This document shows, in pieces, positions 27,466 through 36,322 of a stretch of 50,705 bases of DNA. Source of the stretch: an uncultured Gammaproteobacteria bacterium (GTDB lineage Bacteria > Patescibacteriota > Patescibacteriia > Patescibacteriales > CAYTAV01); assembly GCA_964435875.1 (NCBI GenBank), contig CAYTAV010000002.1, positions 1 to 50,705 on the forward strand, in the 5' to 3' direction. Below the pieces are notes generated by a model that was not told the origin of the DNA, did not search any database, and saw nothing but the letters and a program-made list of their open reading frames with translations. How positions within the stretch are numbered: position 1 is the stretch's first letter; each line of letters starts with the position of its first letter. Position numbers and translations under genes: made by a program.

Positions 27466-27487
27466 AATTACTCTTACATAAAGTCAA

Positions 27488-28318
27488 ATGCGTATGAACT
27501 CCATCGCGCTTCCACAAAAAATTGAATTCGCCAGCGGGCGGAGCGAATTCCAAGCTACGGTTTCGATCGAACCGTGCTATCCCGGCTTCGGCGTCACGCT
27601 CGGCAATGCTTTGAGGCGCGTCCTATTATCTTCGCTGCCCGGGGCGGCCGTAGTCGGCGTCAAGATAGCCGGGGCAGATCATGAATTCATGGCTCTGCCG
27701 CATGTCAAGGAGGATGTACTCGAGATCATCCTGAACTTGAAGAAGATCAGGATGCGGATCCATGGCGAGGAGCCGCAGGTCCTGAACCTTGACGTCCATG
27801 GAGAAAGGGCCGTGAAGGCTGGGGATATCGCCAAGAACAGCCAAGTCGAGATCGCTAATCCCGAGCTTGAGCTGGCGCATATCACGGATATGGCCGGCAA
27901 CCTGAAGATTGAGATCCATGCGGCTCCGGGGCGGGGTTACGAGACCATCGACAGCCGCGAGAAGAAAAACAAGGAGATCGGCTATATCGAGCTCGACTCG
28001 GCCTATTCGCCGGTGCACAACGTCGGGATCGATATCGAGAATGTCCGCGTTGGAAAAATGACGAACTGGGATAAGCTTATCCTGCAGATAGATACTGACG
28101 GCACGATCCTGCCTGAAGAAGCGTTCAGGCAGGCAGTCGCCATCTTGATCGATCAGTTCACGGCCCTGACATACAAGGATGAAGAGGCAGAGCCCGAGCC
28201 GGCAGAAGAAGCCGAGGAAGCAGAGGCCGGGGTTGCGAGCGCTGAAGAGGAAAGCGTGAAGGTTGAGGAGGCGGAGGAGGAAAAGCCGAAACGGAAGCGG
28301 TCCGTAAAAAAGAAATAA
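27488..28318 (+). CDS. rpoA: DNA-directed RNA polymerase alpha subunit: N-terminal domain only, with an acidic/basic low-complexity tail in place of the alpha-CTD
   Basis: GFGVTLGNALRRVLLSSLPGAAV, alpha-NTD pattern to about aa 225, then a KDEEAEPEPAEEAEEAEAG...KPKRKRSVKKK tail. Operon position between rpsD and rplQ. Confidence 0.9.
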   Translation: MRMNSIALPQKIEFASGRSEFQATVSIEPCYPGFGVTLGNALRRVLLSSLPGAAVVGVKIAGADHEFMALPHVKEDVLEIILNLKKIRMRIHGEEPQVLNLDVHGERAVKAGDIAKNSQVEIANPELELAHITDMAGNLKIEIHAAPGRGYETIDSREKKNKEIGYIELDSAYSPVHNVGIDIENVRVGKMTNWDKLILQIDTDGTILPEEAFRQAVAILIDQFTALTYKDEEAEPEPAEEAEEAEAGVASAEEESVKVEEAEEEKPKRKRSVKKK

Positions 28319-28356
28319 GGCATCGTTTAGGCCTGATATGGGTCAAATAAAATAAT

Positions 28357-28707
28357 ATGCGCCACAGGAACAAAAATAAGATACTTGACAGGAAGAAGGG
28401 ACCCCGCGAGCTCATGCTCCGGAATTTGGCCGCGAGCGTTTTGATGTACGAGAAAGTAAGGACGACGAAGGCCAAGGCTAAGGCCGTGCGTTCGCTCGTT
28501 GAGCGCACTATCACGTCTGCCAAAAAAGGCGGATTGCCGGCCAGACGTGAATTGATCGCGACCCTGCCGCAGAAGCTAGCTGTCAGCAAAGCGATGGAGG
28601 TCCTCGGCGAAAGGTATAAGGACCGCCAGGGAGGCTATACGCGGATCGTCAAAGTCGGATCCCGGCAGGGCGATGGAGCGGAGATGGTGCAAATCGAGCT
28701 GGTTTAG
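28357..28707 (+). CDS. rplQ: 50S ribosomal protein L17
   Basis: MRHRNK...L.R...R.LMLRNLA.S...E.V.TT..KAKA.R...E...T.AK; GGYTRIVK.G.R.GDGAEMV.IELV. Confidence 0.95.
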   Translation: MRHRNKNKILDRKKGPRELMLRNLAASVLMYEKVRTTKAKAKAVRSLVERTITSAKKGGLPARRELIATLPQKLAVSKAMEVLGERYKDRQGGYTRIVKVGSRQGDGAEMVQIELV

Positions 28708-28758
28708 GCTATGTAATTACAAATACAAAATACCAAAGCATAGAGTAATTATAAAAAG

Positions 28759-29106
28759 ATGAACAGGGAACTGCATAAAATCGATGCGACCGGACAAACC
28801 GTGGGTAGGCTAGCGACCAGGACCGCGATTTTGCTGCGCGGCAAGGACCGGCCGGAATATCGGCCTAATCTTGACGAAGGAGCGGTTGTCGAGGTTTTTA
28901 ATATCGCGAAATTGAGATTCACGGGCAAGAAGATGGAGCAAAAGGCTTATTATAGCTATTCGGGATACCCTGGCGGGCTTAAGACCAGGAAGATGAAAGA
29001 TGTATTCTCGAAAGATCCTGGAGAGGTGCTTCGGCGGGCCGTGCGTGAAATGCTTCCGGCAAACCGCCTACGGCCGAAAATGATGAGGAGGCTGGTTATT
29101 AAATAA
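28759..29106 (+). CDS. rplM: 50S ribosomal protein L13 (short form, 115 aa)
   Basis: IDATGQTVGRLATRTAILLRGK..PEY.P..D.G..V.V.N, Y.YSGYPGGLK, AV..MLP.N.L. Confidence 0.93.
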   Translation: MNRELHKIDATGQTVGRLATRTAILLRGKDRPEYRPNLDEGAVVEVFNIAKLRFTGKKMEQKAYYSYSGYPGGLKTRKMKDVFSKDPGEVLRRAVREMLPANRLRPKMMRRLVIK

Positions 29107-29149
29107 TCCCGGCCCGGCCCGGTAGTCGGCCGGAAAAGGCGATCAAGAT

Positions 29150-29596
29150 ATGACGGAGCAGAATTTAAAAACTAAGGAGCCTGAAGCCAAAGAGATCCCG
29201 GTATTCAAGGGAAAATATCTGCAGGCAGTAGGCAGGAGAAAGAGGGCGATTGCGGAGATAAGGCTTTATCAGCACGGCAAGGGCTTTATCATGGTGAATG
29301 GCTCGCGGTCCGGGGAGTATTTTTCCACAGCTGATAACCTGCTTGTCCAGCAGCCGCTTAAGCTTTCAGGCCATCTTAAAGACTTCAATTTTTCGGTTAA
29401 TGTGCACGGAGGCGGAAAACACGGACAAGCGGAAGCCGTCAGGCACGGTATCGCGCGCGCGCTATTGCTCGTTAACTCTGAACTGCGACCCGCACTCAAA
29501 ACCAAGGATCTCTTGACCCGCGATTCACGCAAGGTTGAGAGGAAGAAAGCCGGACTCAAGAAAGCACGCCGTGCCCCGCAATGGTCGAAGCGCTAA
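29150..29596 (+). CDS. rpsI: 30S ribosomal protein S9
   Basis: AVGRRKRAIAEIRL, GGGKHGQAEAVRHGIARALL, LTRDSRKVERKKAGLKKARRAPQWSKR. Confidence 0.95.
   Translation: MTEQNLKTKEPEAKEIPVFKGKYLQAVGRRKRAIAEIRLYQHGKGFIMVNGSRSGEYFSTADNLLVQQPLKLSGHLKDFNFSVNVHGGGKHGQAEAVRHGIARALLLVNSELRPALKTKDLLTRDSRKVERKKAGLKKARRAPQWSKR
29573..29596 (+). repeat. Direct repeat copy 1 (last 7 codons + stop of rpsI)
   Basis: gccccgcaatggtcgaagcgctaa, identical to 29662-29685. Confidence 0.95.
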
Positions 29597-29661
29597 AATC
29601 CGTTATGTTATATATGCTAGTTTATGCATATTTCACATATTTCCTGAATGACACGGGACAA

Positions 29662-29685
29662 GCCCCGCAATGGTCGAAGCGCTAA
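29662..29685 (+). repeat. Direct repeat copy 2 (orphan duplicate of the rpsI 3' end)
   Basis: 24/24 identity with 29573-29596; the copies are separated by 65 nt of AT-rich DNA. Confidence 0.95.
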
Positions 29686-29720
29686 GTATTATTGATATAC
29701 GAGAATACGGTTCAAATATG

Positions 29721-29749
29721 AAAAAGCCCCCGGAAAAAGGGGTTTTTCT
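29721..29749 (+). terminator. Intrinsic terminator of the ribosomal protein operon
   Basis: aaaaagcccc / ggggttttt stem (one bulged G) with a cggaaaaa loop and a trailing T-run. Confidence 0.55.
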
Positions 29750-29801
29750 ATTGTCTAAGCTCTGTAAACGTGCTAAGCTTTGAGCATCAATAAATCTGTG
29801 T

Positions 29802-31241
29802 ATGTCAGAAAAAATCTCTAATATTGCAAAAAATACTTCCTATTTCACCTTGGCTTTAGTCGTCCAGAAAATTATAACTTTCTCATATTTCGTGATGATC
29901 GCCCGCGCGATAGGTCCTGATGACCTCGGGAAATATTATTTTGCAGTGTCATACACGACTATCTTCGGCATTTTTATCGATATCGGGCTGGCAAACGTGC
30001 TTTCGCGCGAAGTTCCGAAACACCAGAAAGATGCCGGCCGGCTGCTCGGGACAGTGCTGTCGATCAAGCTGCCGCTAGCGGTCGCTACTGCCCTGGTAGC
30101 ATTCGCCGGGATCCGTCTGGCCGGCTATCCTTCGGTCACGGTCGCCCTGGTTTCGCTTGCGGGGATTTCCATGATCCTTGATTCGTTCACGCAGACTTTT
30201 TTTGCCGTCATCAGGGGTTTTCATAACTTGAAATTCGAGAGTCTCGCGTCGATCATTTTTCAGCTGATCGTTCTCGTTTCCGGCGCTTTGGTCGTCAGCC
30301 TGGGCGGCGGAGTCGTCTTCCTGATGGCGGGGTTAGCGGCTGCTAGCATATTCAATTTCGCTTATTCTTCCTTCCTTCTCTATTCAAGGTTCGGAATAAG
30401 CGCATGGCCGTCCTTTGAAAAAGCGGGGGCGCGCTCGATGGCTCTGCTCGCCTTCCCTTTCGCGCTGTATGCTGTTTTCCAGCGCGGTTTTACATATTTC
30501 GACACCCTGCTGCTTTCATATTTTTCCGGGGATAGGGCGGTCGGCATTTACCAGATACCGTTCAAGATCATCTTCGCCCTGCAGTTCCTGCCGATGGCCT
30601 TTACCGCTTCGCTTTATCCCGCAATGAGCCTTTACTGGAAGGAAAACCGGTCGCAACTCGGCATCACTTTCGAGCGCGCAATGAACTATCTCCTTGTAAT
30701 ATCCGTTCCGATCGCTTTCGGCACATTTGCCCTGGCCAAGCAGATCGTCCTCCTTTTCAAATCTGACTACCTGGATGCCGTGCTTCCTTTGCAAATTATC
30801 ATACTCGCTCTGCCTTTCATCTTCTTGAACTTTCCGATCGGATCGCTCTTGAATGCCTGTGACCGGCAGAAGACCAATACTCTGAATATGGCTGCGGCGC
30901 TTGCCGTCAGCCTGGCAATGAATCTGGTGCTGATCCCAGCCTTTGCATATACGGGCGCCGCCGTAACTGTACTAGCCGCGAACGTTTTCCTGTTCATGCT
31001 CGGACTGGCAATAACCGGAAAGATAACCCGGTACCGCGGATCCAGGATCCTGCTCATGGCTTTGAAAGTGCTTATTGCAGCGCTAGCCATGGCCGTTGCC
31101 GCATATTCGTTGAAGGACATCCTGCCGATCATCTTCAATGTCGCTTTGTCGGGCATCCTGTATTTCGCTCTACTTTTCGCATTTAAAGCCGTAAGGCGCG
31201 AGGACGCTCAAAGCATCATAAGCTCTTTCAAGCGCGTTTGA
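29802..31241 (+). CDS. Wzx-like oligosaccharide/polysaccharide flippase (MOP superfamily)
   Basis: 479 aa, about 14 TM segments. N-terminus KNTSYFTLALVVQKIITFSYFVMIARAIGPDDLGKYYFA is typical of polysaccharide biosynthesis flippases. Glycosyltransferase genes lie adjacent. Confidence 0.75.
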   Translation: MSEKISNIAKNTSYFTLALVVQKIITFSYFVMIARAIGPDDLGKYYFAVSYTTIFGIFIDIGLANVLSREVPKHQKDAGRLLGTVLSIKLPLAVATALVAFAGIRLAGYPSVTVALVSLAGISMILDSFTQTFFAVIRGFHNLKFESLASIIFQLIVLVSGALVVSLGGGVVFLMAGLAAASIFNFAYSSFLLYSRFGISAWPSFEKAGARSMALLAFPFALYAVFQRGFTYFDTLLLSYFSGDRAVGIYQIPFKIIFALQFLPMAFTASLYPAMSLYWKENRSQLGITFERAMNYLLVISVPIAFGTFALAKQIVLLFKSDYLDAVLPLQIIILALPFIFLNFPIGSLLNACDRQKTNTLNMAAALAVSLAMNLVLIPAFAYTGAAVTVLAANVFLFMLGLAITGKITRYRGSRILLMALKVLIAALAMAVAAYSLKDILPIIFNVALSGILYFALLFAFKAVRREDAQSIISSFKRV

Positions 31242-31255
31242 TATTAATAAAACAT

Positions 31256-32392
31256 ATGAAAACTTTGCTCGTAACAATTGAATATCCGCCGTTCTTCGGT
31301 GGTGTGGCAAATTACTATTATAATATCGTGAAACACTGGCCGGAAGGCGATGCCTGCGGTTCGGACCATGGCATCATGGTTCTAGACAACAACCAGGGCC
31401 AGCTGTTAAGCGATAGCCTGTTATTCTTTAAATGGATTCCGGGGATTTTCAGAATTATGCGGACCGTTAGGAAGCACGGGATAGACAAGCTGATCATCGG
31501 CCACCTTCTGCCGCTCGGCAATGCGGCGTATTTCGCGACCAGGATCGTCAAGCGGCCGTATGCCGTAGTGCTCCATGGCATGGATCTCGAAACCGCTAAA
31601 CTGAAGCCAAGGAAAAGGAAGCTCTCTTATAAGATACTAAAAGAAGCGTCTGGCATTATCTGCTCGAACAGCTATGCGGCGAAGAGCGTGAAAGATTTCC
31701 TTGGTACTGAAGAGGAATATAAAGTCCGGATCGTGAATCCAGGCATCGACGACCGCGATATGATCAGCGGCCATCAGATCGAGAAGTTCCGCCAGGAGCA
31801 AGGCGTGCCGGATGGCACGCTTATATTTACGATCGCCAGGATCGTAAAGCGCAAGGGCATCGACAAGGTCGTCGAAGCTATGCCGGCCGTGCTAAAGGTG
31901 AGCCCTGGCTGCAGGTACGTCATTGCCGGCATCGGTCCTGATGAGCGGTATATCGAGGAGAAGATCGCCGCTTTACCGGAAGAGGCGAGGCGGCGCGTAC
32001 GCATGATCGGTAAGATTACAGATGCGGAAAAATGGCTCTGGCTGCGCGCTTGCGATATTTTTGCGATGCCATCGAGGCAGATCGGCAACGATGTCGAGGG
32101 CTTCGGCATAGTCCTTATGGAAGCGAGCCTGGCTGGCAGGCCTGTGGTCGCTGGCGATTCAGGAGGAGTGCGCGACGCAGTCGAGAATAATACGAGCGGC
32201 TTCCTGGTCGATCCGGAAAAGACCGAAGCGATCGCGAACGCGATCGTGCGCCTCGCAGAAGACACTGCCTTGCGCCGAAGGCTCGGAGAGCAGGGTAGGA
32301 AGAGGGCGCTTGACAGCTTCCGATGGAGGGAGAAGGTGATCGAGATCCATAGGATCATATCCGGCATGCAATTGCCGCTGGTTAAAGAATGA
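31256..32392 (+). CDS. GT4-family (GT-B fold) glycosyltransferase
   Basis: MKTLLVTIEYPPFFGGV start; EGFGIVLMEASLAGRPVVAGDSGGVRDAV (E-x7-E region). ATG chosen over the TTG at 31238. Confidence 0.85.
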   Translation: MKTLLVTIEYPPFFGGVANYYYNIVKHWPEGDACGSDHGIMVLDNNQGQLLSDSLLFFKWIPGIFRIMRTVRKHGIDKLIIGHLLPLGNAAYFATRIVKRPYAVVLHGMDLETAKLKPRKRKLSYKILKEASGIICSNSYAAKSVKDFLGTEEEYKVRIVNPGIDDRDMISGHQIEKFRQEQGVPDGTLIFTIARIVKRKGIDKVVEAMPAVLKVSPGCRYVIAGIGPDERYIEEKIAALPEEARRRVRMIGKITDAEKWLWLRACDIFAMPSRQIGNDVEGFGIVLMEASLAGRPVVAGDSGGVRDAVENNTSGFLVDPEKTEAIANAIVRLAEDTALRRRLGEQGRKRALDSFRWREKVIEIHRIISGMQLPLVKE

Positions 32393-33102
32393 TTACCACA
32401 GATATGATCAGCATCGTAATACCGTTATACAACCAGCGGGAAGCAGTCGGGGCCTGCCTGGAAAGCATCCTGGCGCAAAGTTTTCCAGACTATGAAGTCG
32501 TCGTCGTAAACGACGGTTCGACGGACGGTCCGGAAAAGGTGCTTGGCTTTTATCAAAAAAAATTTGCCAATATTGGCAAAAGATATATACTGATTGACCA
32601 GGAGAACAAGGGGGCAAACGCGGCGCGCAACCGCGGCGCGCGCGAAGCGCTTGGAGGATACATTATTTTCTGCGATGCGGATATCGTCATGCGCCGCGAC
32701 ATGCTCGGGAAGATGCATAGCGCTCTGGAAGAGCAGCCGGGCGCGAGCTATGCATACGCTTCACATTATTTCGGCTGGAAGCTCTTCCGGCTCTTCCCGT
32801 TCGACGCAGATCGCTTGAGATCGATGCCTTATATCCATACGACCTCTCTGATCCGGCGCGAGCATTTCCCCGGCTTCGACGAATCTGTCAAGCGCTTGCA
32901 AGATTGGGATCTCTGGTTGTCAATGCTCGAGCACGGACTGACCGGCACCTGGATCAATGAGCCGCTGTTTAATGTCAGGTCCGGCGGGACGATGTCGAGC
33001 TGGCTGCCAGCTTCCGCTTATAGGCTGCTGCCCTTTCTGCCGAGCGTAAAGAAATATAAGCACGCAGCCGGACTGATAAAGAAAAAACACGGCTTGAAAT
33101 AA
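32389..33102 (+). CDS. GT2-family glycosyltransferase
   Basis: ISIVIPLYNQ...SILAQSFPDYEVVVVNDGSTDG...FCDADI (DxD). ATGA overlap with the GT4 stop. Confidence 0.85.
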   Translation: MITTDMISIVIPLYNQREAVGACLESILAQSFPDYEVVVVNDGSTDGPEKVLGFYQKKFANIGKRYILIDQENKGANAARNRGAREALGGYIIFCDADIVMRRDMLGKMHSALEEQPGASYAYASHYFGWKLFRLFPFDADRLRSMPYIHTTSLIRREHFPGFDESVKRLQDWDLWLSMLEHGLTGTWINEPLFNVRSGGTMSSWLPASAYRLLPFLPSVKKYKHAAGLIKKKHGLK

Positions 33103-33106
33103 AAAG

Positions 33107-33127
33107 AGCGGATCTGGCTGATCCGCT
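33107..33127. terminator. Hairpin between convergent genes
   Basis: agcggatc (33107-33114) / gatccgct (33120-33127), A-run before and T-run after. Confidence 0.5.
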
Positions 33128-33671
33128 ATCGTTTTGAAATCTTGCTTTTCAGTATCCGATGCGCCAGCGAGCATTCGCTGTCCGGGTCACCGAGGATGAT
33201 CTGCAGGCATTTGAGGAAGGTTCCCGATTCGTAAGGGCAGGGCAAGAACAATATATTCTTTATATCCGAGTCATAGGTAAGAATGGATTTATCGTTTTCG
33301 AGCAGCGGCATGGCGAATGCAACAGAGGTGTTTTCTTCCGTGAACCTGTATCGATAAGCGACATACATGACCGGGAATTCCTTGCCGTCTATCGTCCGCG
33401 TTTCCTTCAATCTTGTACAAGACTTGTAGCCTTCGAAAAACTTCTCGACCATCAGCATCAGCTCGCAGGTTTTCATGTCAACGAGCATATGATCGGGAGC
33501 GAGTTTGGCGACATTTTCCGGAGTAAGGTCGTCAGCGAACAGCCAGAGCGCCATCAACCGTTTGCCCCGGGAGTCCCGCATGAAATAATAATGCTCGTAC
33601 GGTTCGAGGCGTTCCCAGAATACACTCTTCAATTTAACACCGGCCTGAAAGTCTATCTGTAAAAAATTCAT
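33126..33671 (-). CDS. Hypothetical cytoplasmic protein (181 aa)
   Basis: ATG at 33671 preceded by GGAGGGG; no motif recognised. Confidence 0.6.
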   Translation of the reverse strand: MNFLQIDFQAGVKLKSVFWERLEPYEHYYFMRDSRGKRLMALWLFADDLTPENVAKLAPDHMLVDMKTCELMLMVEKFFEGYKSCTRLKETRTIDGKEFPVMYVAYRYRFTEENTSVAFAMPLLENDKSILTYDSDIKNILFLPCPYESGTFLKCLQIILGDPDSECSLAHRILKSKISKR

Positions 33672-33837
33672 AATGGCCCCTCCGCCCGCTGGTGTGGATA
33701 TTTGCAATGATCAATGATTCTCTGAAGATTGCCTTTGGTCGAAATCGCCTTTACGCTGATTATTATGACTATATTTGAAAAAATGATAAAAAGCAAGCTT
33801 TTATATATTGCAAGACGACCGATAATAATTGCTAATC

Positions 33838-34629
33838 ATGCATAAATATTTAATAGTATTTAAGCTGGAATGGCAGAGGATCCTGCAGTACAGGTTCAAT
33901 TTTTTCCTCGGCCGCCTGCGGAGCATTATTGTTTTGCTTATGCTGTATTATTTATGGATATCTTTGTCTACCAGTACAGGTACCTTTGCAGGCTTCTCAC
34001 GCAAAGAACTTGTTTCTTATGTATTATTAACATTGACATTACGTCCCTTAATTTTCGGAGGGCACTCAAGAAATTTATCAATAGAGATTAATACTGGCAT
34101 TTTTTCTAAATATCTGACGATGCCATTGAATATTTTTATCTACAATTTTTTTAGAGATTCTGCAGAAAGGATAATTAATCTTTTATTTGTTATTATTGAA
34201 ATAATAATCTTTTGTTCAATAACTGGGGAAATGATCTTGATGCCCGCAAGTGGTAATTTGATCTTTTCAATAGTTGCCGTGTGTCTCGCAATTGTTCTTT
34301 ATAGTTTACTTATTTTTACTTTATCATCGCTTTCTTTCTGGTCCAGGGAAGCAATGGGCCCTCGGTTTCTTTTCGATTGGTTCATGGATTTCTCCGCCGG
34401 CGGTTATTTCCCGCTTAGTATATTGTCTGCTGGGTTATACACAATCTTGGCTTATCTGCCGTTTTATTATTTAATATATTTTCCTTTAGTTGTTGTTTTG
34501 AATCGACAATCAGTCCGAGATATTTTATTGGGTTTTGTAGTGCAAGTTATCTGGATACTGATCCTCTCCGGATTAACCATAATAATCTGGAGGCGAGGAA
34601 TCCGAAAATATTCCGGCGAAGGTATTTGA
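33838..34629 (+). CDS. ABC-2-type transporter permease paralog 1 (DUF990/PF06182-like), very AT-rich
   Basis: 6 TM segments. Shared family landmarks (..G(F/Y)(S/T)..E(L/M)..Y, I..G.FS.YL..P, SFWS, SAGGYFPLS, C-terminal WRRGIRKYSGEGI). Confidence 0.7.
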   Translation: MHKYLIVFKLEWQRILQYRFNFFLGRLRSIIVLLMLYYLWISLSTSTGTFAGFSRKELVSYVLLTLTLRPLIFGGHSRNLSIEINTGIFSKYLTMPLNIFIYNFFRDSAERIINLLFVIIEIIIFCSITGEMILMPASGNLIFSIVAVCLAIVLYSLLIFTLSSLSFWSREAMGPRFLFDWFMDFSAGGYFPLSILSAGLYTILAYLPFYYLIYFPLVVVLNRQSVRDILLGFVVQVIWILILSGLTIIIWRRGIRKYSGEGI

Positions 34630-34639
34630 ATAAAAATTT

Positions 34640-35446
34640 ATGGCAGCTTGTAATATTAATAATATTAAAAAATATATAAAAATTTGGTGGAAAATTTCAG
34701 GGATGTCGACTGGTTCATATCTTTCGAATCGTTTAGACAGCGCCGGCTACCTTATTGGTAAATTTGTGCGATTTGGTTTTTTTCTATTATTTATAATAGC
34801 AATTTTTGATCATGTTCCAAGATTAGCAGGTTATGATAAATACGAAGCGATATTATTTTTTTTAACATTTAATTTTATGGATGTGTCAGCCCAGGTCCTG
34901 ATGAGGGGTGTATATCACTTACGAAATGAAGTACGAACTGGCAATTTTGATTTTATCCTAGTTAAGCCTATAAACAGCCTTTTTATGGTATTGTCTCGAT
35001 TCGATATTCTGGATGCAATATTCCTATTGCCTACAGTAATATTAATTATTTTGATCTATAATCTGATCGGGGTTGCATGGTCTATACCGATAATTTTTGG
35101 ATACATAAGTCTTGTTATTGTCGGCATGCTAATCCTGTTTGGGATCCATATCATCTCCGCTTGCGTCACTGTCTGGACGACCGAGAGCGAAAATTTCATC
35201 TGGGTCTACCGCGAGACCATGACGATCGGCCGCTTCCCGCCCGAGATCTTCTCCGGGCTTGTCCAGTTCATCTTTACATATGTTATGCCGATCATTGTAG
35301 TCGTCGCCTTTCCGGTTAAAGCTCTGCTCGGTATGCTAGGCTTGAAGCATGCTGTCCTTTCTGCCGTAATCGCAGCCGTTTGGCTCAGCGGTTCCCTGTA
35401 TCTCTGGCGCATCAGCCTGCGCAGGTATTCCAGCGCTTCAAGCTGA
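34640..35446 (+). CDS. ABC-2-type transporter permease paralog 2 (second subtype); composition changes within the gene
   Basis: 6 TM segments. VRTGNFDFILVKP, TVWTTES, GRFPPEIFSG, C-terminal WRISLRRYSSASS. Confidence 0.7.
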   Translation: MAACNINNIKKYIKIWWKISGMSTGSYLSNRLDSAGYLIGKFVRFGFFLLFIIAIFDHVPRLAGYDKYEAILFFLTFNFMDVSAQVLMRGVYHLRNEVRTGNFDFILVKPINSLFMVLSRFDILDAIFLLPTVILIILIYNLIGVAWSIPIIFGYISLVIVGMLILFGIHIISACVTVWTTESENFIWVYRETMTIGRFPPEIFSGLVQFIFTYVMPIIVVVAFPVKALLGMLGLKHAVLSAVIAAVWLSGSLYLWRISLRRYSSASS

Positions 35447-35527
35447 ATGCACATCCAGGGAATAAAGGTAATTTTTAAAAGCCGTTGGAGTTTGCAAGCG
35501 TCTAATAAGAATTGATTAACCAAACCG

Positions 35528-36322
35528 ATGTACAAGTATTGGATCATCATCAAGAACCAGATGCAGAGGCAGCTCGTTTACCGCGAGACAATCTTATCGT
35601 ATGCGGTCGGCAACCTGCTCGAGCTTTCCTTGCAAGTTATCGTCTGGAGCGCGATCTATGCACACATTCCTATGATCTCCGGCTATACTAAGGACGAGAT
35701 GATAACCTATATCGCCTTCGGTTGGTTCTTCATGTTCTTTACGACGAACTACAACCTCGAATACCGCATCGCCGACCATATCCAGCGCGGCCAGCTTTCG
35801 CAGTTCCTCCTGAAGCCGCAGAGTTATTTAAAATATATGGCGGCAATCAATGTCGGGCGCGTTTCCGTGCCGCTGATCGCCGTTATCCTGCAGTGCCTGG
35901 CCGCTTTCCTGCTCCTGCGCAACGAGCTGATCATCCCGGAGGAAATATCGATATATCCCGCGCTGGCTGCCATGATGCTGGCCGTCTTCCTGCTTAAGTT
36001 CCTGATTTCCGCCCTGATCGGTATGGCCGCCTTTTGGACCACGGAGATTGACGGGATATATTATTCGATCGATGTCGTGATCCGCTTCCTTTCAGGCGGT
36101 TTTTTCCCGCTAACGCTCTTCCCAGGATTGTTCGCAGCCTGTAAGTTCCTGCCATTCATGCATACTTTCTTCGTTCCTGCGCAGTTGTTCCTCGGCCGCA
36201 TGGGAATCGGCGAAGCGGCCCTCTCCCTCCTGGTCCAGTCCTTTTGGATAATTGTCTTCTATGCGGCAGTCAAGCTCGCCTGGCGCGCTGGACTAAAGCG
36301 CTACGAGGCGGTCGGCATATGA
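35528..36322 (+). CDS. ABC-2-type transporter permease paralog 3
   Basis: GYTKDEMITYI, IQRGQLSQFLLKP, AAFWTTE, LSGGFFPLTLFP, C-terminal WRAGLKRYEAVGI. Confidence 0.7.
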   Translation: MYKYWIIIKNQMQRQLVYRETILSYAVGNLLELSLQVIVWSAIYAHIPMISGYTKDEMITYIAFGWFFMFFTTNYNLEYRIADHIQRGQLSQFLLKPQSYLKYMAAINVGRVSVPLIAVILQCLAAFLLLRNELIIPEEISIYPALAAMMLAVFLLKFLISALIGMAAFWTTEIDGIYYSIDVVIRFLSGGFFPLTLFPGLFAACKFLPFMHTFFVPAQLFLGRMGIGEAALSLLVQSFWIIVFYAAVKLAWRAGLKRYEAVGI

